This document shows positions 14,271 to 28,814 of a DNA stretch of 64,000 nucleotides, piece by piece. The stretch comes from Eledone cirrhosa. Lineage: Eukaryota. The notes below the pieces were generated by a model. It saw only the letters and a program-made list of their open reading frames with translations. It did not search any database and was not told the origin of the DNA. Each line of letters starts with the position of its first letter. The first letter of the stretch is position 1. The stretch covers positions 11,966,001 through 12,030,000 of the forward strand of contig OZ024748.1 of NCBI GenBank assembly GCA_964016885.1, read 5' to 3'. The position numbers and the translations under genes were made by a program.

Positions 14271-14467
14271 TGTGTATGCATACGAATGTATGTGCATGTG
14301 TGTATGGACTGTATATGGACAGTGTATGAACTGTGTGTATTTTGGTATAGCATTGAGTGTGTGAGTGCATATATGTGTGTGTGTTTGTACGTGTGCTTGT
14401 GTTTGTATGTGTATGCGAATGTTTTTGTATTTATGTGTTTGCTTGTACTTCACTGTATGTATGTGTA

Positions 14468-14523
<56 letters not shown>

Positions 14524-15064
14524 AAAGAAATAGTGATGGGTGTCCGTAGTCTCGTTGTCTAGACAACTTCCCGTCCGGCGCCAAATGGTGTTGGTGGTGA
14601 TGGTGTTATTGGTGGTGTTGGTGTTGGTGTTGGTGGTGATGGTGTTGGTGGTGATAGTGGTGGGGGTGGTGGCGATGGTGGCGATGGTAATAGTGGCGAT
14701 GGTGATGGTGATGGTGATGGTGCTGGTGGCGATGGTGTTGTTGTTGTTGGTGGTGTTGGTGGTGGTTGTGTTGGTGGTGGTGTTGGTGGCGATGGTGATG
14801 GTGATGGTGATGGTGATGGTGATGGTGTCGGTGGTGGTGATGATGGTAGTAGGTAGTAGTATTGGGGGTGACGGTGTTAATATTTGTGTGGTAGTGGTGG
14901 TGACAATGGACGTTGAGGTGGGGTGAGAGGAGACATTGTAGAGATATCTGGTCTGAGCTGAGCGCGAACAGAGATTCAGAGTAAAAGAAAAGAAAGATTT
15001 GAAATTAACATTTGATCCTGGATCAATATTGATCCATGGCTCAAGATCAACAATAACATAGCTG

Positions 15065-15495
<431 letters not shown>

Positions 15496-16183
15496 CAAGG
15501 TAGTGATTAACTTAAGAGAAAACTCAACATTATACCCGAATAATGAGAAAATGCGAAAACGTAATAAATTCAATAGAGGATGTATGAGTAAGAAAAACGT
15601 TGTTTAATGTGACAGCTATAGAGATTTTAAAATGTGGGATACTACAAGTTATGGTTATCTAGGAAAACGTCTCTTGAATTATAACTGTCTATGGAGGCAA
15701 CTGATAGAATATTTAAAGAGAGGGAGAGATAAAGAGGAGTAATATATGCAGAACATTTTTTTTTTCCTTAAAAGCTAAACGGTTAAGTTTCAAAATATTT
15801 AATTTATGTTATTTTAAGGGTAAAGAATCAAAATTTTAAGTTTTTTAAAAGTTGATGGTTATTTATATTTATTAATTTTATAAATTCTATAAATGTGTTA
15901 ACATTTCTAAAATTCGAGGACAAAATTTACAGGATTTACTTGGCCAGCGAAATGAAGATTTACACTGTTGAATATTTTCCTAAATGTAATCTTTAACGAA
16001 AATTACCTATAAGAATGTCAACATTTTCGGTATGTAAAGCTTATGAAGTACTTATTGTTAGAAATATTTAAAAATTAATTGTCAAGTAGTTAGTGTAATG
16101 ATTAACGCAGAGTTTGCTAAAGTTAAATACATACATATATATAAAAAGAGTGTAAACGCATGGATGATTCACATTACAAAAAA

Positions 16184-16217
<34 letters not shown>

Positions 16218-16286
16218 TTTATTAAAATAACAGATTAAAGTTTAAGCAAAGAAAGTTTGGATTTTAGTCTTCAAATTTATTATTAT

Positions 16287-16350
<64 letters not shown>

Positions 16351-16371
16351 GTATATATATATATATACATA

Positions 16372-16463
<92 letters not shown>

Positions 16464-16487
16464 TAGAAACATATACATATATGTATG

Positions 16488-16533
<46 letters not shown>

Positions 16534-16663
16534 GAGATATCCACAGTTGTGGGGTCTAGTCTGCATGAAGAACTCAATGTAATCCATATGTTGAAAATGT
16601 TGTACATTAAAATAAATCCCGGAAAACAATAAAACATTAAAAGGAAAACAGAGTCATGATATA

Positions 16664-17353
16664 AGTTAAAACAATAAATTAAATCAAGTCATTAGAAATA
16701 TACTTCACTGCTTTACGATCGTTTCTAGGTGATGATAATACATTGTAACCTTACTTCGTTATCGATCTATGTAAGGTTAATTACAAAATATCAGATAAAG
16801 AGAATATTTACTTACATGCATATCACCAGCTGTTGTCAAAAGCAATAATAATTTTATTCAAAATTAGTATTAAATTAGTTCTATGACCTTATTTGGAGGT
16901 AGCTGAGGATCTAACCAATCAGATTGTTTTTTTTTTCCATATGATGTTAAGATGAAAAATAATTCACTTTAGTTGAGGTCATGACCCTTTGAAAGGAATG
17001 GTTGAATGGTATGAGTCATGACCTCAACTAAAGTGAATTATTTTTCATCTTAACATCATATGGAAAAAAACAATCTCATTGGTTAAATCTTCAGCTACCT
17101 CCAAATAAGGTCATAGAACTAAACTTACTACTAACTTAATACTAATTTTAAATAAAATTATTATTGCTTTTGACAACAGCTGGTGATATGCATGTAAGTA
17201 AAGTAAATATTCTCTTTATCTGATATTCTGTAACTAACCTTACATAGATCGATAACGAAGTATAGTTACAATGTATTATCATCACCTAGAAACGATCGTA
17301 AAGCAGTGAAGTATATTTCTAATGACTTGATTTTTTATTTTATTGTTTTAACT
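16664..17353. repeat. Long inverted repeat, ~320-340 bp arms, 29-bp spacer
   Basis: 16664-16985 is the reverse complement of 17015-17353 with few mismatches and small indels. Confidence 0.95.
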
Positions 17354-18428
17354 ATATATATATATGTATATAAACTCATACACACACACTCACACTCACA
17401 CACATACACACACACACCCCAATACTTTGTACATACATTTAAAACGGTAATGACGAGGCGATGTTTATGTTAGTGAGAGCAACCAGCCAGCACGGACGGC
17501 TCTACAACAAGCTTTAGATAAAGATATTTAATTACACCATACTAACTAAAATGGCTGTAATAAAAACTAAATGGCTTCATGTCACATCTCTCTCTCTCTC
17601 TCTCTCCTTTGCCCTTCTCTCTCACTCTCACCTCCCTCTCTCATGCTCTCTCATTTGCCCTTCTCTCTTTCATTCTCTCACCCTCTACCCTTTGCCCTTA
17701 CCTCTCCTTCTTTCTCTCTCTCACCTCTCTCTCCTTTGTCACTCTCTCTCTCATTCTCTGTCTCTTTCGCCTTTGCCCTTCTCTCTCTAATTCTCTCTCT
17801 CTCTCTCTTTTGCCATTCCCCCTCTCTCATTCTCACTCTCTCCTTTGTCCTTCTCTCTCACTCACTCGCTCTGTATCACCGTCTCTTTCTTTCCTTCTCC
17901 CTTCTCTCCCATTCTGCAAGTTGGTCTTCTTCTCTTCTTGCTTTACGTCCTCCTTACCTCCCACCCTTTTTACACTCCCTCTCTGTTTCATCAGAGATAG
18001 ATAGATAGATAGAGAGAGAGAGATAGAGAGGGGGGGTTTAGGAGATAGAGAGAAGGGGAGGGGAAGAAAAACAGACATAGAGAAAGAAATCGAGAGAGAG
18101 AGAGAGAGAGAGAGAGTGGAAGTGGGAAGATGAGAGGAGGAAGTGTCGTCTGCTAATAAACTAAAGTGAAAGTTATCGTCTGCTAAATGGAAGAAGCAGT
18201 TTACAAACTCATCAATTTGTATCGTTATGGCGGATTGTGTGGGGATTAATGGGACATTTGTAACACATACATGCATACCTACGTACCTACATACATACTA
18301 CATACCTACATAGATACATACATACATGCATATATACATACACACATACATATATACTTACATACCTACCTACACACGCATACACATACACACATATATG
18401 CATAAATACACGCATATATACTTACATT

Positions 18429-18456
<28 letters not shown>

Positions 18457-18460
<4 letters not shown>

Positions 18461-18660
18461 GAAGGAGCTTCTACAGGACTAGTACTGTTTCATTCAGATG
18501 AAATCTTCAGGAAGCTCAGAATGCTTCCTGAAGATTTCATCTGAATGAAACAGTACTAGTCCTGTAGAAGCTCCTTCTATAAAATAAAAAAATTTTACTC
18601 TGCCATGTATTGAGTACCTTACTTACTGTGGTTATCCCCGACTCAACCCGGGACCTACGT
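18457..18660. mobile_element. Fold-back (TA)n-embedded element with hammerhead-like core; family shared with 36001-36200
   Basis: 59-bp perfect arms 18457-18515 and 18523-18581 containing CTGAAGA-tttcatctgaat-GAAAC. Tail 18582-18655 matches the reverse complement of 36008-36095. Confidence 0.8.
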
Positions 18661-19169
18661 ATATATATATATATATATATATACATATATATACATACAT
18701 ACATACTTATATACCTACCAACCTACATACATACATACATACATACATACATGCATACACACATACATACATACTTACATACCTACCAACCTACATATAT
18801 ACATACAATCATACACACACACACACACACACACACTCACATGTAAGCGCCTATACTCTCACATTCACCTCACCCGCACCATGTATATTTAAGGTTATAC
18901 ATCCGTTTCCGGTTCTATCTTGCTATGGAAGTGTAGTAATGTAGCAGGGAATGGAAGGATGGGAGGATGGGAGGATGGGAGGGTGGGAGCTTGTGAGGGT
19001 GGGAGTTTGGGAGGGTGGGAGACTTCATTGTTATCTCCAGGTAAGCATGAAACTTCCAATTGCTGCTGAGAAGATGAATCTATGAGATTTAGTGACGCTA
19101 ATGTATTTTCCACGTAAACAATCTAATACACGGCCATGATATGGATATGATGGACTTATACGGTCTAGA

Positions 19170-19285
19170 GGTTAGGAAGGTTAGTGGGTGTTTCGTATTA
19201 TGATGGTTACGTTGTTGGTTCAATCCCTGGACCGGGTCGGCTCGTATTGTGTGTGTGTGTCCTTCAGCAAGGTACTTCATTTTTC
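19170..19285 (+). mobile_element. SINE family B, diverged
   Basis: ggttcaatccctggaccgg...gtgtccttcagcaaggtacttcattt. Confidence 0.55.
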
Positions 19286-19527
19286 AGGTAGCTACTGTCC
19301 ACTTACTGGAAAATAAGTATCACCACAGGCAGCAGCAGCAGCAACAGAAGCAGCAGCAACAACAGCAGTAGCAGATATAGCAGCAGCAACAGCAATAACA
19401 GCTACGTCAACAACAACAACACAACAGCAAGCAGCATCAACAACAGCAGCAACAACAGCAGCAACAGCAATAACAGCTACGTCAACAACAACAGCAAGCA
19501 GCATCAACAACAGCGGCAGCAGTAACA

Positions 19528-19800
19528 GCTTCTTCTTCTTCTTCTTCTTCTTCTTCTTCTTCTTCTTCTTCTTCTTCTTCTTCTTCTTCTTCTTCTTCTT
19601 CTTCTTCTTCTTCTTCTTCTTCTTCTTCTTCTTCTTCTTCTTCTTCTTCTTCTTCTTCTTCTTCTTCTTCTTCTTCTTCTTCTTCACCCATTTATTCCTA
19701 GGAGGGTCGTCAAACACACGGACTCCTCAAACATCTTTTTCCAGCGGGTCCTGTCAGAAACACCTGTCTCCAATTAATCCGGCTAGATCCCCCAACCAAG
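19528..19800 (-). mobile_element. RTE LINE 3' end with expanded (GAA)n tail
   Basis: Minus strand ggatctagccggattaattggag..ccgctggaa..tgtttgagga..gaccctcc matches 11868-11955, then runs into about 52 GAA units. Confidence 0.75.
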
Positions 19801-20912
19801 ACCAGTTATCCAACCACCCCCAAACAAGACCAGTTATCCAACCACCCCCAACCAAGACCAGTTATCCAACTACCCCCAACCAAGACCAGTTATCCAACTA
19901 CCCCCAACCAAGACCAGTTATCCAACCACTCCCAACCAAGACCAGTTATCCAACCACCCCCAACCAAGACCAGTTATCCAACTACCCCCAACCAAGACCA
20001 GTTATCCAACCACCCCCAACCAAGACCAGTTATCCAACTACCCCCAACCAAGACCAGTTATCCCACCACCCCCAACCAAGACCAGTTACCCAACTACCCC
20101 CAACCAAGACCAGTTATCCAACCACCCCCAACCAAGACCAGTTATCCAACCACCCCCAACCAAGACCAGTTATCCAACCACCCCCAACCAAGACCAGTTA
20201 TCCAACTACCCCCAACCAAGACCAGTTACCCAACCACCCCCAACCAAGACCAGTTATCCAACCACCCCCAAGCAAGACCAGTTATCCAACTACCCCCAAC
20301 CAAGACCAGTTATCCAACTACTCCCAACCAAGACCAGTTATCCAACCACCCCCAACCAAGACCAGTTATCCAACTACCCCCAACCAAGACCAGTTATCTA
20401 ACTACCCCCAAGCAAGACCAGTTATCCAACTACCCCCAAGCAAGACCAGTTATCCAACCACCCCCAAGCAAGACCAGTTATCCAACCACCCCCAACCAAG
20501 ACCAGTTATCCAACTACCCCCAACCAAGACCAGTTATCCAACTACCCCCAACCAAGACCAGTTATCCAACCACCCCCAACCAAGACCAGTTACCCAACTA
20601 CCCCCAACCAAGACCAGTTATCCAACCACCCCCAACCAAGACCAGTTATCCAACCACCCCCAACCAAGACCAGTTACCCAACCACCCCCAAACAAGACCA
20701 GTTACCCAACCACCCCCAACCAAGACCAGTTACCCAATCACCCCCAACCAAGACCAGTTACCCAACCACCCCCAACCAAGACCAGTTACCCAACCACCCC
20801 CAACCAAGACCAATTACCCAACCACCCCCAACCAAGACCAGTTACCCAACCACCCCCAACCAAGACCAGTTACCCAACCACCCCCAACCAAGACCAGTTA
20901 CCCAACCATCCC
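19790..20912. repeat. 28-bp minisatellite, about 40 copies
   Basis: Unit caaccaagaccagttatccaaccacccc; period checked 19933 to 19961 and 20101 to 20129. Confidence 0.97.
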
Positions 20913-21448
20913 ATCTTGCTGAATCTGTTAAATACTGGAACTCAATTTAATTGAAACTGATAAATTCAAACTTAGGAACAAATTAAGTTCCAACATTTAA
21001 TAAATTCATTTATTATAGTTATTTCAAATTAGGTTCAACTAATTTATTTTCTATTAATGATATTTATTTCATTATTTTACATGGAACCCTACAATTATAT
21101 TCTAAGCTATAAAATTATTAAGTTTCGTTGAGTTAATTTATTTTAGTTAACTTTATTACATCTTTTATTTTCTACCTCTTCTAATAGAATATATTACATG
21201 TTTAAAACCCAACAAATATTCCAGACTTTACTAACCTTCATTTATTAATGTCTTAATCTGTTTTAATTTTATTCTATAACAATGTACAAATTAATCTATA
21301 TTTTAGTATATTCACTTTCCCACACTTCCTTTTAATTGGACATCAGACATCATTTGTTTTTCTTTAGAAATGTTTATAATTAGAAAACACCATTGTTTCA
21401 ACATATTATAAAACTGTCCCCAATAACATGTATTATATACTTACATAA

Positions 21449-21662
21449 GGGTGGTGGATTGGCAGTATCAGTAGAAGGTTGGACCCATGCTTTACAGCAT
21501 AGAATTACGGCTCTTTATGATCTGAGTTCAAATCCCGCCGAGGTTAACTTTGCCTTTTATCCTTACGGGAAAATAAAATAAAGTACCAGTCACGCACTGG
21601 GTCAATTTTATCGATTATTCCCTCCCCCAAAATTGCTAGCCTTGTGCCTATATAAGAAACCA
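21449..21662 (+). mobile_element. tRNA-derived SINE family A, full length
   Basis: Head tggcagtatcagtaga, B-box gagttcaaatcc at 21524, tail aaattgctagccttgtgcc..agaaac. Confidence 0.9.
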
Positions 21663-21838
21663 TAGTTTATTTTATATTTTTATATCTCCATTGTTAAATT
21701 AGTCTTGCCATTGTGCACTTTTACTCGACCTTATTGTAAACCCCACTGTCCCTGTCTTTGTATTGCTCCCTACATTTCGACCCTTGTGGCTAATAAATGA
21801 AATCATTATTATATTATTATTATTATTATTATTATTGT

Positions 21839-22089
21839 TCTTTGAGTCTCAGTCATTGATGTTAGTTAACTGGAAAGTTTGTTGAAATGAATATCAAGCC
21901 ACTACCTGCAGCCTCAGATATTCAGGACGTATCGGAGGGTTCTTGCTGTTCCCAGCAAGCATGCCTTTTGAAGCGTTCCAAAAAGCGTGGCGGGGCCAAT
22001 TTTCTTTAACCATCCCTGGAAACTTTTTGAGATAGTACCTAGTGCGCCTATGACAATCGGGACCACTTTGACTTCATGGCAGTTCCAAA
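21839..22089 (-). mobile_element. 5'-truncated R4/Dong-type RLE non-LTR retrotransposon in a (TAA)n tract
   Basis: 22087-21914 translates WNCHEVKVVPIVIGALGTISKSFQGWLKKIGPATLFGTLQKACLLGTARTLRYVLNI*; (ATT)n on both sides. Confidence 0.85.
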
Positions 22090-22211
<122 letters not shown>

Positions 22212-22417
22212 CATACAACATGCTTTATCTACTTGTAATTACACCACTCTTTACTTTCTATTTATCTTCTATTTCTAATTCTTCTATTTGTAATAAAGTA
22301 CTAGTGTCCGAAACTTTAAGACTCTCTTCCTGCTATTTCAAGCGTTCAACTAATATATTTCCTCCACGTACTGTGCCGTTTGTTTTATTATTTTTGTTAT
22401 TTCTATTTACCTTTTGC

Positions 22418-22452
<35 letters not shown>

Positions 22453-22506
22453 TGTATGTATGTATGTATGTATGTATGTATGTATGTATGTATGTATGTA
22501 TGTATG

Positions 22507-23117
22507 TCAGGTCACCAGTTGGTGTTACTGGTAACATGTATCCCAGTACAACCTGTCTTATGGTCGGGTCGTTGGCGACTAAACTGGCAACCCCACCAAG
22601 GTTTCTTGGTGAGGAGGGTGACTTTGGACATCCTGCAGGACTAAAAACAAAACCTGTCAAAGAGCAAAGGAGCTCTTAAGAGTCAATGGCCATCCAAAAT
22701 CACCGTGAGAGATGACCCCTTAGCCTTTGTCAAGGCAGAATTCTAGGAGAAGAAAAACTCTGATATAACACCTGCAACTCTGATGGTATCCAATGATGTT
22801 GACTTGTTCTTCTTTTTGGTAACTATCATCTTGGTTAAGAGAGTGGGACTGGCTTTGTGCAGTGCCTTTGCTCACTATAAAAGCTTCATGGCACAGGCAT
22901 TCCTTTATATCTGGAGATCTCTCTGCACATGTCGTCACATGGTACCAAAGGCCCAGCACTATGTGTCAGTAATTGTCACAAGTGTAGTGTTTGTACCAGA
23001 GTTTTCAAGTCGCTGGCTGGACTAAAAAGTCACACTTGTTCAGCGCTTCGGTAAGGGTTCTCCTACATGGATATAAAGTAGTGGCCGTACTCGAAAACGA
23101 GTTGGCAGCTACCATGA

Positions 23118-23118
<1 letters not shown>
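22507..23118 (+). mobile_element. Internally deleted RTE-like element (5' UTR-like part plus C-terminal zinc finger and 3' UTR) within (ATGT)n
   Basis: CHKCSVCTRVFKSLAGLKSH near 22972-23031; 3' end shared with 678-720; ATGT arrays on both sides. Confidence 0.6.
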
Positions 23119-23150
<32 letters not shown>

Positions 23151-23540
23151 TGTATGTATGTATGTATGTATGTATGTATGTATGTATGTATGTATGTTTT
23201 GTATGTATGCATGCATGTATATATTAATTCTTTTTAATTGTAATACTCAACATTTAATAAGATGAATTTTAATAATACATCGAAACCGGTGATACTTTAT
23301 ATACTTTATATACTTTATATACTTTCTATACTTTATATACTTTATATACTTTCTATACTTTATATATTTTATATACTTTATAAAACTCTTTTTCAAAAGA
23401 ATTGTCCCTCTCATTTTTTCAATCATGTCACTTTGACGAATCAAAGAAAGGAAAAAAAAGAAAAACAGACCCTAAAATATATTTTCCGTGCTATTTCCAA
23501 CCCCCCTCTCTCTCTATATATATTATATATATATATATAT

Positions 23541-23573
<33 letters not shown>

Positions 23574-23579
23574 CACCTG

Positions 23580-23698
<119 letters not shown>

Positions 23699-23703
23699 CT
23701 ATC

Positions 23704-23793
<90 letters not shown>

Positions 23794-23818
23794 TATATAT
23801 ATATATACACCTGTATAT

Positions 23819-23858
<40 letters not shown>

Positions 23859-23875
23859 GTATCTATCTATCTATA

Positions 23876-23907
<32 letters not shown>

Positions 23908-23920
23908 CATATATATATAC

Positions 23921-23951
<31 letters not shown>

Positions 23952-24067
23952 GTATAAAAGAGAAAACACAGGTAAGCATTAAGAGAAGGATTTTATCCAG
24001 GTATTTACGACCGTTTCATTGGTAAGTGCAACCTTATATTGCTATACTGCAAATAACACAGTCCAAC

Positions 24068-24158
<91 letters not shown>

Positions 24159-24511
24159 CTTTTCCTGAGTCCTGTATTTTCGTTGCTGTAGTAATGCGGC
24201 TGGACTGCCGATCGCTATATTTGATTTGCTAAGCTGTCTAAACGTATTGTTATTACTCTGGGGTACTTTTCCCATTCGAGTGCTAAAGCTACATACCGAA
24301 TTTGCATTCGTTAGCTTGGCCGCAAACTTCATTAATGCTGTACTAAAATTTGTATATATATATATATGTGTGTGTTTGAAGAACTTTGTAACGGGAACTG
24401 GCGCGAAATTTATTATAATTATTGACCAACCAATCAAATTACTTCTCTAAAAACCTGGCGTTTCGAGCCACTTTTTTCCATATAAAACAAGTAACATTCA
24501 AAGACCAACCG

Positions 24512-24660
24512 GATGTGAGAAAAACCACAGATCCTCCATCTCAACTTTACTTTTGAAAAGCAGAAGAACTGCGAAACCGGTAAAGGAATCAAATAAATAT
24601 ATATATTTAAAAAAAAATAAGACTCCAGTTGCATTTTGGATTTCATCTTTTTTTCTTTAT
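24512..24660 (+). mobile_element. Penelope-like terminal repeat family carrying the U3-A8 hammerhead
   Basis: Near-identical to 36875-37020 and 42189-42325; ends in (TA)n. Confidence 0.85.
24550..24585 (+). ncRNA. Minimal hammerhead, U3-A8 variant
   Basis: ctt-TTGAAAA-gcag-aagaa-ctgc-GAAA-ccgg-TA-aag. Confidence 0.65.
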
Positions 24661-25210
24661 ATATATATATATCTATATATATATATATATACATCCCACA
24701 CGTGTGTTTCTAAGAGTGTGACTATGTACTAGAAGCAGGAAACACTACACCAAACAATACATTAGTATTTAACAGACATGTAAAAACATCAGGAAATTTT
24801 AACCGTAAAAAATAAAGAAAAAACGAAGAAAAAACAAAGAACAAAACAGAGCAAACATTCAGCTTTATAAATTACATCTTTTATTGTTGTTACTGTTGTT
24901 GCTGTTAATGCTGTTGTTGTTGTTGTTATTGATGTTGTTACTGTTGTGGTTATTGTTGTTGTTCTTGTTGTTATTGATGTTGTTACTGTTGTGGTTATTG
25001 TTGTTGTTCTTGTTGTTATTGATGTTGTTACTGTTGTGGTTATTGTTGTTGTTGTTCTTGTTGTTATTGTTGTTGTTATTATTGTTGTCACTGTTGTTGT
25101 TCTTATTGTTGTTAATGTTGTTGTTATTATTGTTGTCACTGTTGTTGTTGGTGTTGTTAATGTTGTTGTTGTTATTGTTGTTGCTGTTATTGATGTTGTT
25201 ACTGATAATA

Positions 25211-25390
25211 ATTGTTTCTACTTTTGGCACAAGACCAGCAATTACCCCAGTGTGTGACTGGTACTTTATTTTATCGACCCCGTAAGGATGAAAAGCAAAG
25301 CTAACCTCGGGTGGATTTGAAATCAGAACGTAAAGGGCCGTAACTCTACGCTGCGAAGCATGGTGTCTGACTCTCTACCAATACAGCCAA
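25211..25390 (-). mobile_element. SINE family A
   Basis: Same body and head as 10061-10251. Confidence 0.88.
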
Positions 25391-25594
25391 TAAAATAATA
25401 ATAATAATATCAATAATAATAATAATCACTATTATTATCATTGTTGTTGTTGTTGTTCCTCTTGTTATTGCTGTTGTTGTTGTTGTTTTCTTAGCCTTTC
25501 TCACATTATTTACTGTAATTGATCTTAATGTGTGTTCACCCTCCCTACCCCACCATAACCACCCCCTTTTCAGTTCTGTCTTCCTCATCTTTTT

Positions 25595-25632
<38 letters not shown>

Positions 25633-26094
25633 TGTTTTGTTGTGGTGGTGGTGGTGGTTCTTCTTCTTCTTCTTCTTCTTCTTCTTCTTCTTCTTCTTCT
25701 TCTTCTTCTTCTTCTTCTTCTTCTTCTTCTTCTTCTTCTTCTTCTTCTTCTTCTTCTTCTTCTTCTTCTTCTTCTTCTTCTTCTTTCTTCTTCTTCTTTC
25801 TTCTTCTTCTTCGTCTTCTTCTTCTTCTTCTTCTTGATAATGATAATGGTGTATAATTTAGACACAAGGCCAGTAATTTTTATCCCCAGTACTTGACTGG
25901 TACTTTATTTTAATGGCAAAGTTCACCTTGACCGGATCTGACCGCAGAACGCGGAGTAACTGAACGAATGCTGTAAAGCAATTCACAAATACGGATTTCG
26001 AACGTGAAAGGATCTCTTCAAGAAAATGTTGACTTTTAGATTATTTATAAGAATCAAATTAAATACCGAGAAATAAGAAGATAATAGATGCACT

Positions 26095-26219
<125 letters not shown>

Positions 26220-26221
26220 CA

Positions 26222-26276
<55 letters not shown>

Positions 26277-26295
26277 GTGTGTGTGTGTATACATG

Positions 26296-26360
<65 letters not shown>

Positions 26361-26365
26361 ATACA

Positions 26366-26428
<63 letters not shown>

Positions 26429-26493
26429 GGGAGGGGAAATGGGTACATACCCACAAAGAAAGATAAAGATAGAGTTTGTGGGCGTAGGTATGT

Positions 26494-26585
<92 letters not shown>

Positions 26586-26800
26586 TATATATATATCTTT
26601 GTGTGTGTACTCCTATGCGTGTGGCCGTCTTTATGTCTCTCTATGTGTATGTCTACTTGTGTATATATGTTTGTATATGTATGTCTGTGTGAGAAATAAA
26701 AGGGGAGATGATGATGATAAAAGAACGTCTGTGGCAGGGCTGTGTATGAGGGGGGGGGGTGAATGAAAGAAGAGATATTACTTAACAGCAGGTTTGTGTG

Positions 26801-26864
<64 letters not shown>

Positions 26865-26983
26865 CATACATATATACATACATATATATATATATACACA
26901 TCTATGTAAGAACGCATGTAAGCACACACACACACATATATATGCATGTATGTCTGTGTAGTGTGTGTGTATGAGCATTCAAT

Positions 26984-27017
<34 letters not shown>

Positions 27018-27303
27018 ATTGAATGCTCATACACACACACCACACAGACATACACACATATATATATATATATATAAAATAATACAACACCAAATGAAGG
27101 CCGTAGGTAGCAAATATTTACCCGAACCCAGCCCCCCTCTCACCTCCCCCCTACATCCCCCTCCCCCCCCCCCCCCACCGTTTACGGTAGTGACACCGGA
27201 AATAGTTTCTACACTAAATTCATGTCACCCGAGGTCAACCAATTTCAAGCTTACTACACACATAATAAACATTAGCTTGAAATATCATCAGTTAGGTTGG
27301 CTC

Positions 27304-27346
<43 letters not shown>

Positions 27347-27350
27347 CCAC

Positions 27351-27406
<56 letters not shown>

Positions 27407-27460
27407 ATATGTATTTATATATATATATATATTGTTATTTCTGTTTACGTTTTACACACA

Positions 27461-27499
<39 letters not shown>

Positions 27500-27513
27500 T
27501 CTCTCTCTCTCTC

Positions 27514-27604
<91 letters not shown>

Positions 27605-28064
27605 TCAGACAGTCTTATATATATATGTATACACATATATATGTGTATACATATATATATATATATATGTATACATATATATATATATATATGTATACAC
27701 ATATATATATGTATACATATATATATATATATGTATACATATATATATATATATATGTATACACATATATATATGTATACATATATATATATATATATAT
27801 TAAACATGTATATATATGTATTCATATATATATATATGTATACATGTATATATATGTATACATATATATATATATATGTATACATATATATATATATATA
27901 TACATGTATATATATATGTATACATATATATGTGTGTGTGTGTGAGTGTGTGCGAGTGTGTGCAATGGCAAGGCTGCAGGTGTATGTATATATATATATA
28001 TATATGTGTATGTTTGTTTATATATGATAGGGGAGGAGCTGTTTGTGTGTGTAGCCGTTTGATT

Positions 28065-28157
<93 letters not shown>

Positions 28158-28252
28158 GCTGTGAGCATGTTTGTTCTGGAGTTAGTCTTACACACACACA
28201 TAAACATATACACAACGCACTCATTTGCACAATCACTAACACATATTTACTT

Positions 28253-28283
<31 letters not shown>

Positions 28284-28814
28284 CAGATACACATATACAC
28301 GCTCTTTCTCTATCTCCCCCTCTCCATCTCTCGTCTCTCTCACACACTCTTTTCCCACCCCTCTCCTCTCTCTCTCCCTCTCTCCCTCTTGCCTACTCAC
28401 TCTCTCTCACCCTCTCTGCGTACATATATAAATGAGGGAACCGTTATTGTTTCACGCCATGTTATATTAAAGATACGACTGTGTTAATATTTCATCTTTT
28501 ATATTATAATTTATTTTTTGTTTGTTCATAATTCCTCAATAGGAATATATAGCGTCCCTAAATCCATTAGCGTTTCGAGACTTTCACAGATCATCATCAG
28601 AATAAAATTATAGAATAATAAAACAGTGTGTTGATCTCGTGCTGTGCAGTAGTTCCCAAAAGGATTTAAAGAAATGTTGTTTTATTTTGGTGATTTTATA
28701 ATATATTCTAACAACGTTGTGTTTTCACCTCTCTGATGACATGTTCATAAAAGTTCTGTATCTAGGGGTGGGGGTGGGGGTGGGGGGGGGGGGGGGGGGG
28801 GGGCATTGATTCAT

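Noticed and set aside
16902-16968. CTGAGGA...GAAA hammerhead-like pair in the long inverted repeat
   Set aside because: Stem I and stem III cannot be formed convincingly.
19790-20912. CRISPR-like appearance of the 28-bp repeat (also the 52-, 53- and 65-bp arrays)
   Set aside because: Units are head-to-tail with no unique spacers, there are no cas genes, and the context is eukaryotic.
21449-21540. tRNA gene calls for SINE heads
   Set aside because: A/B-box-like motifs without a cloverleaf, continuous with the SINE bodies.
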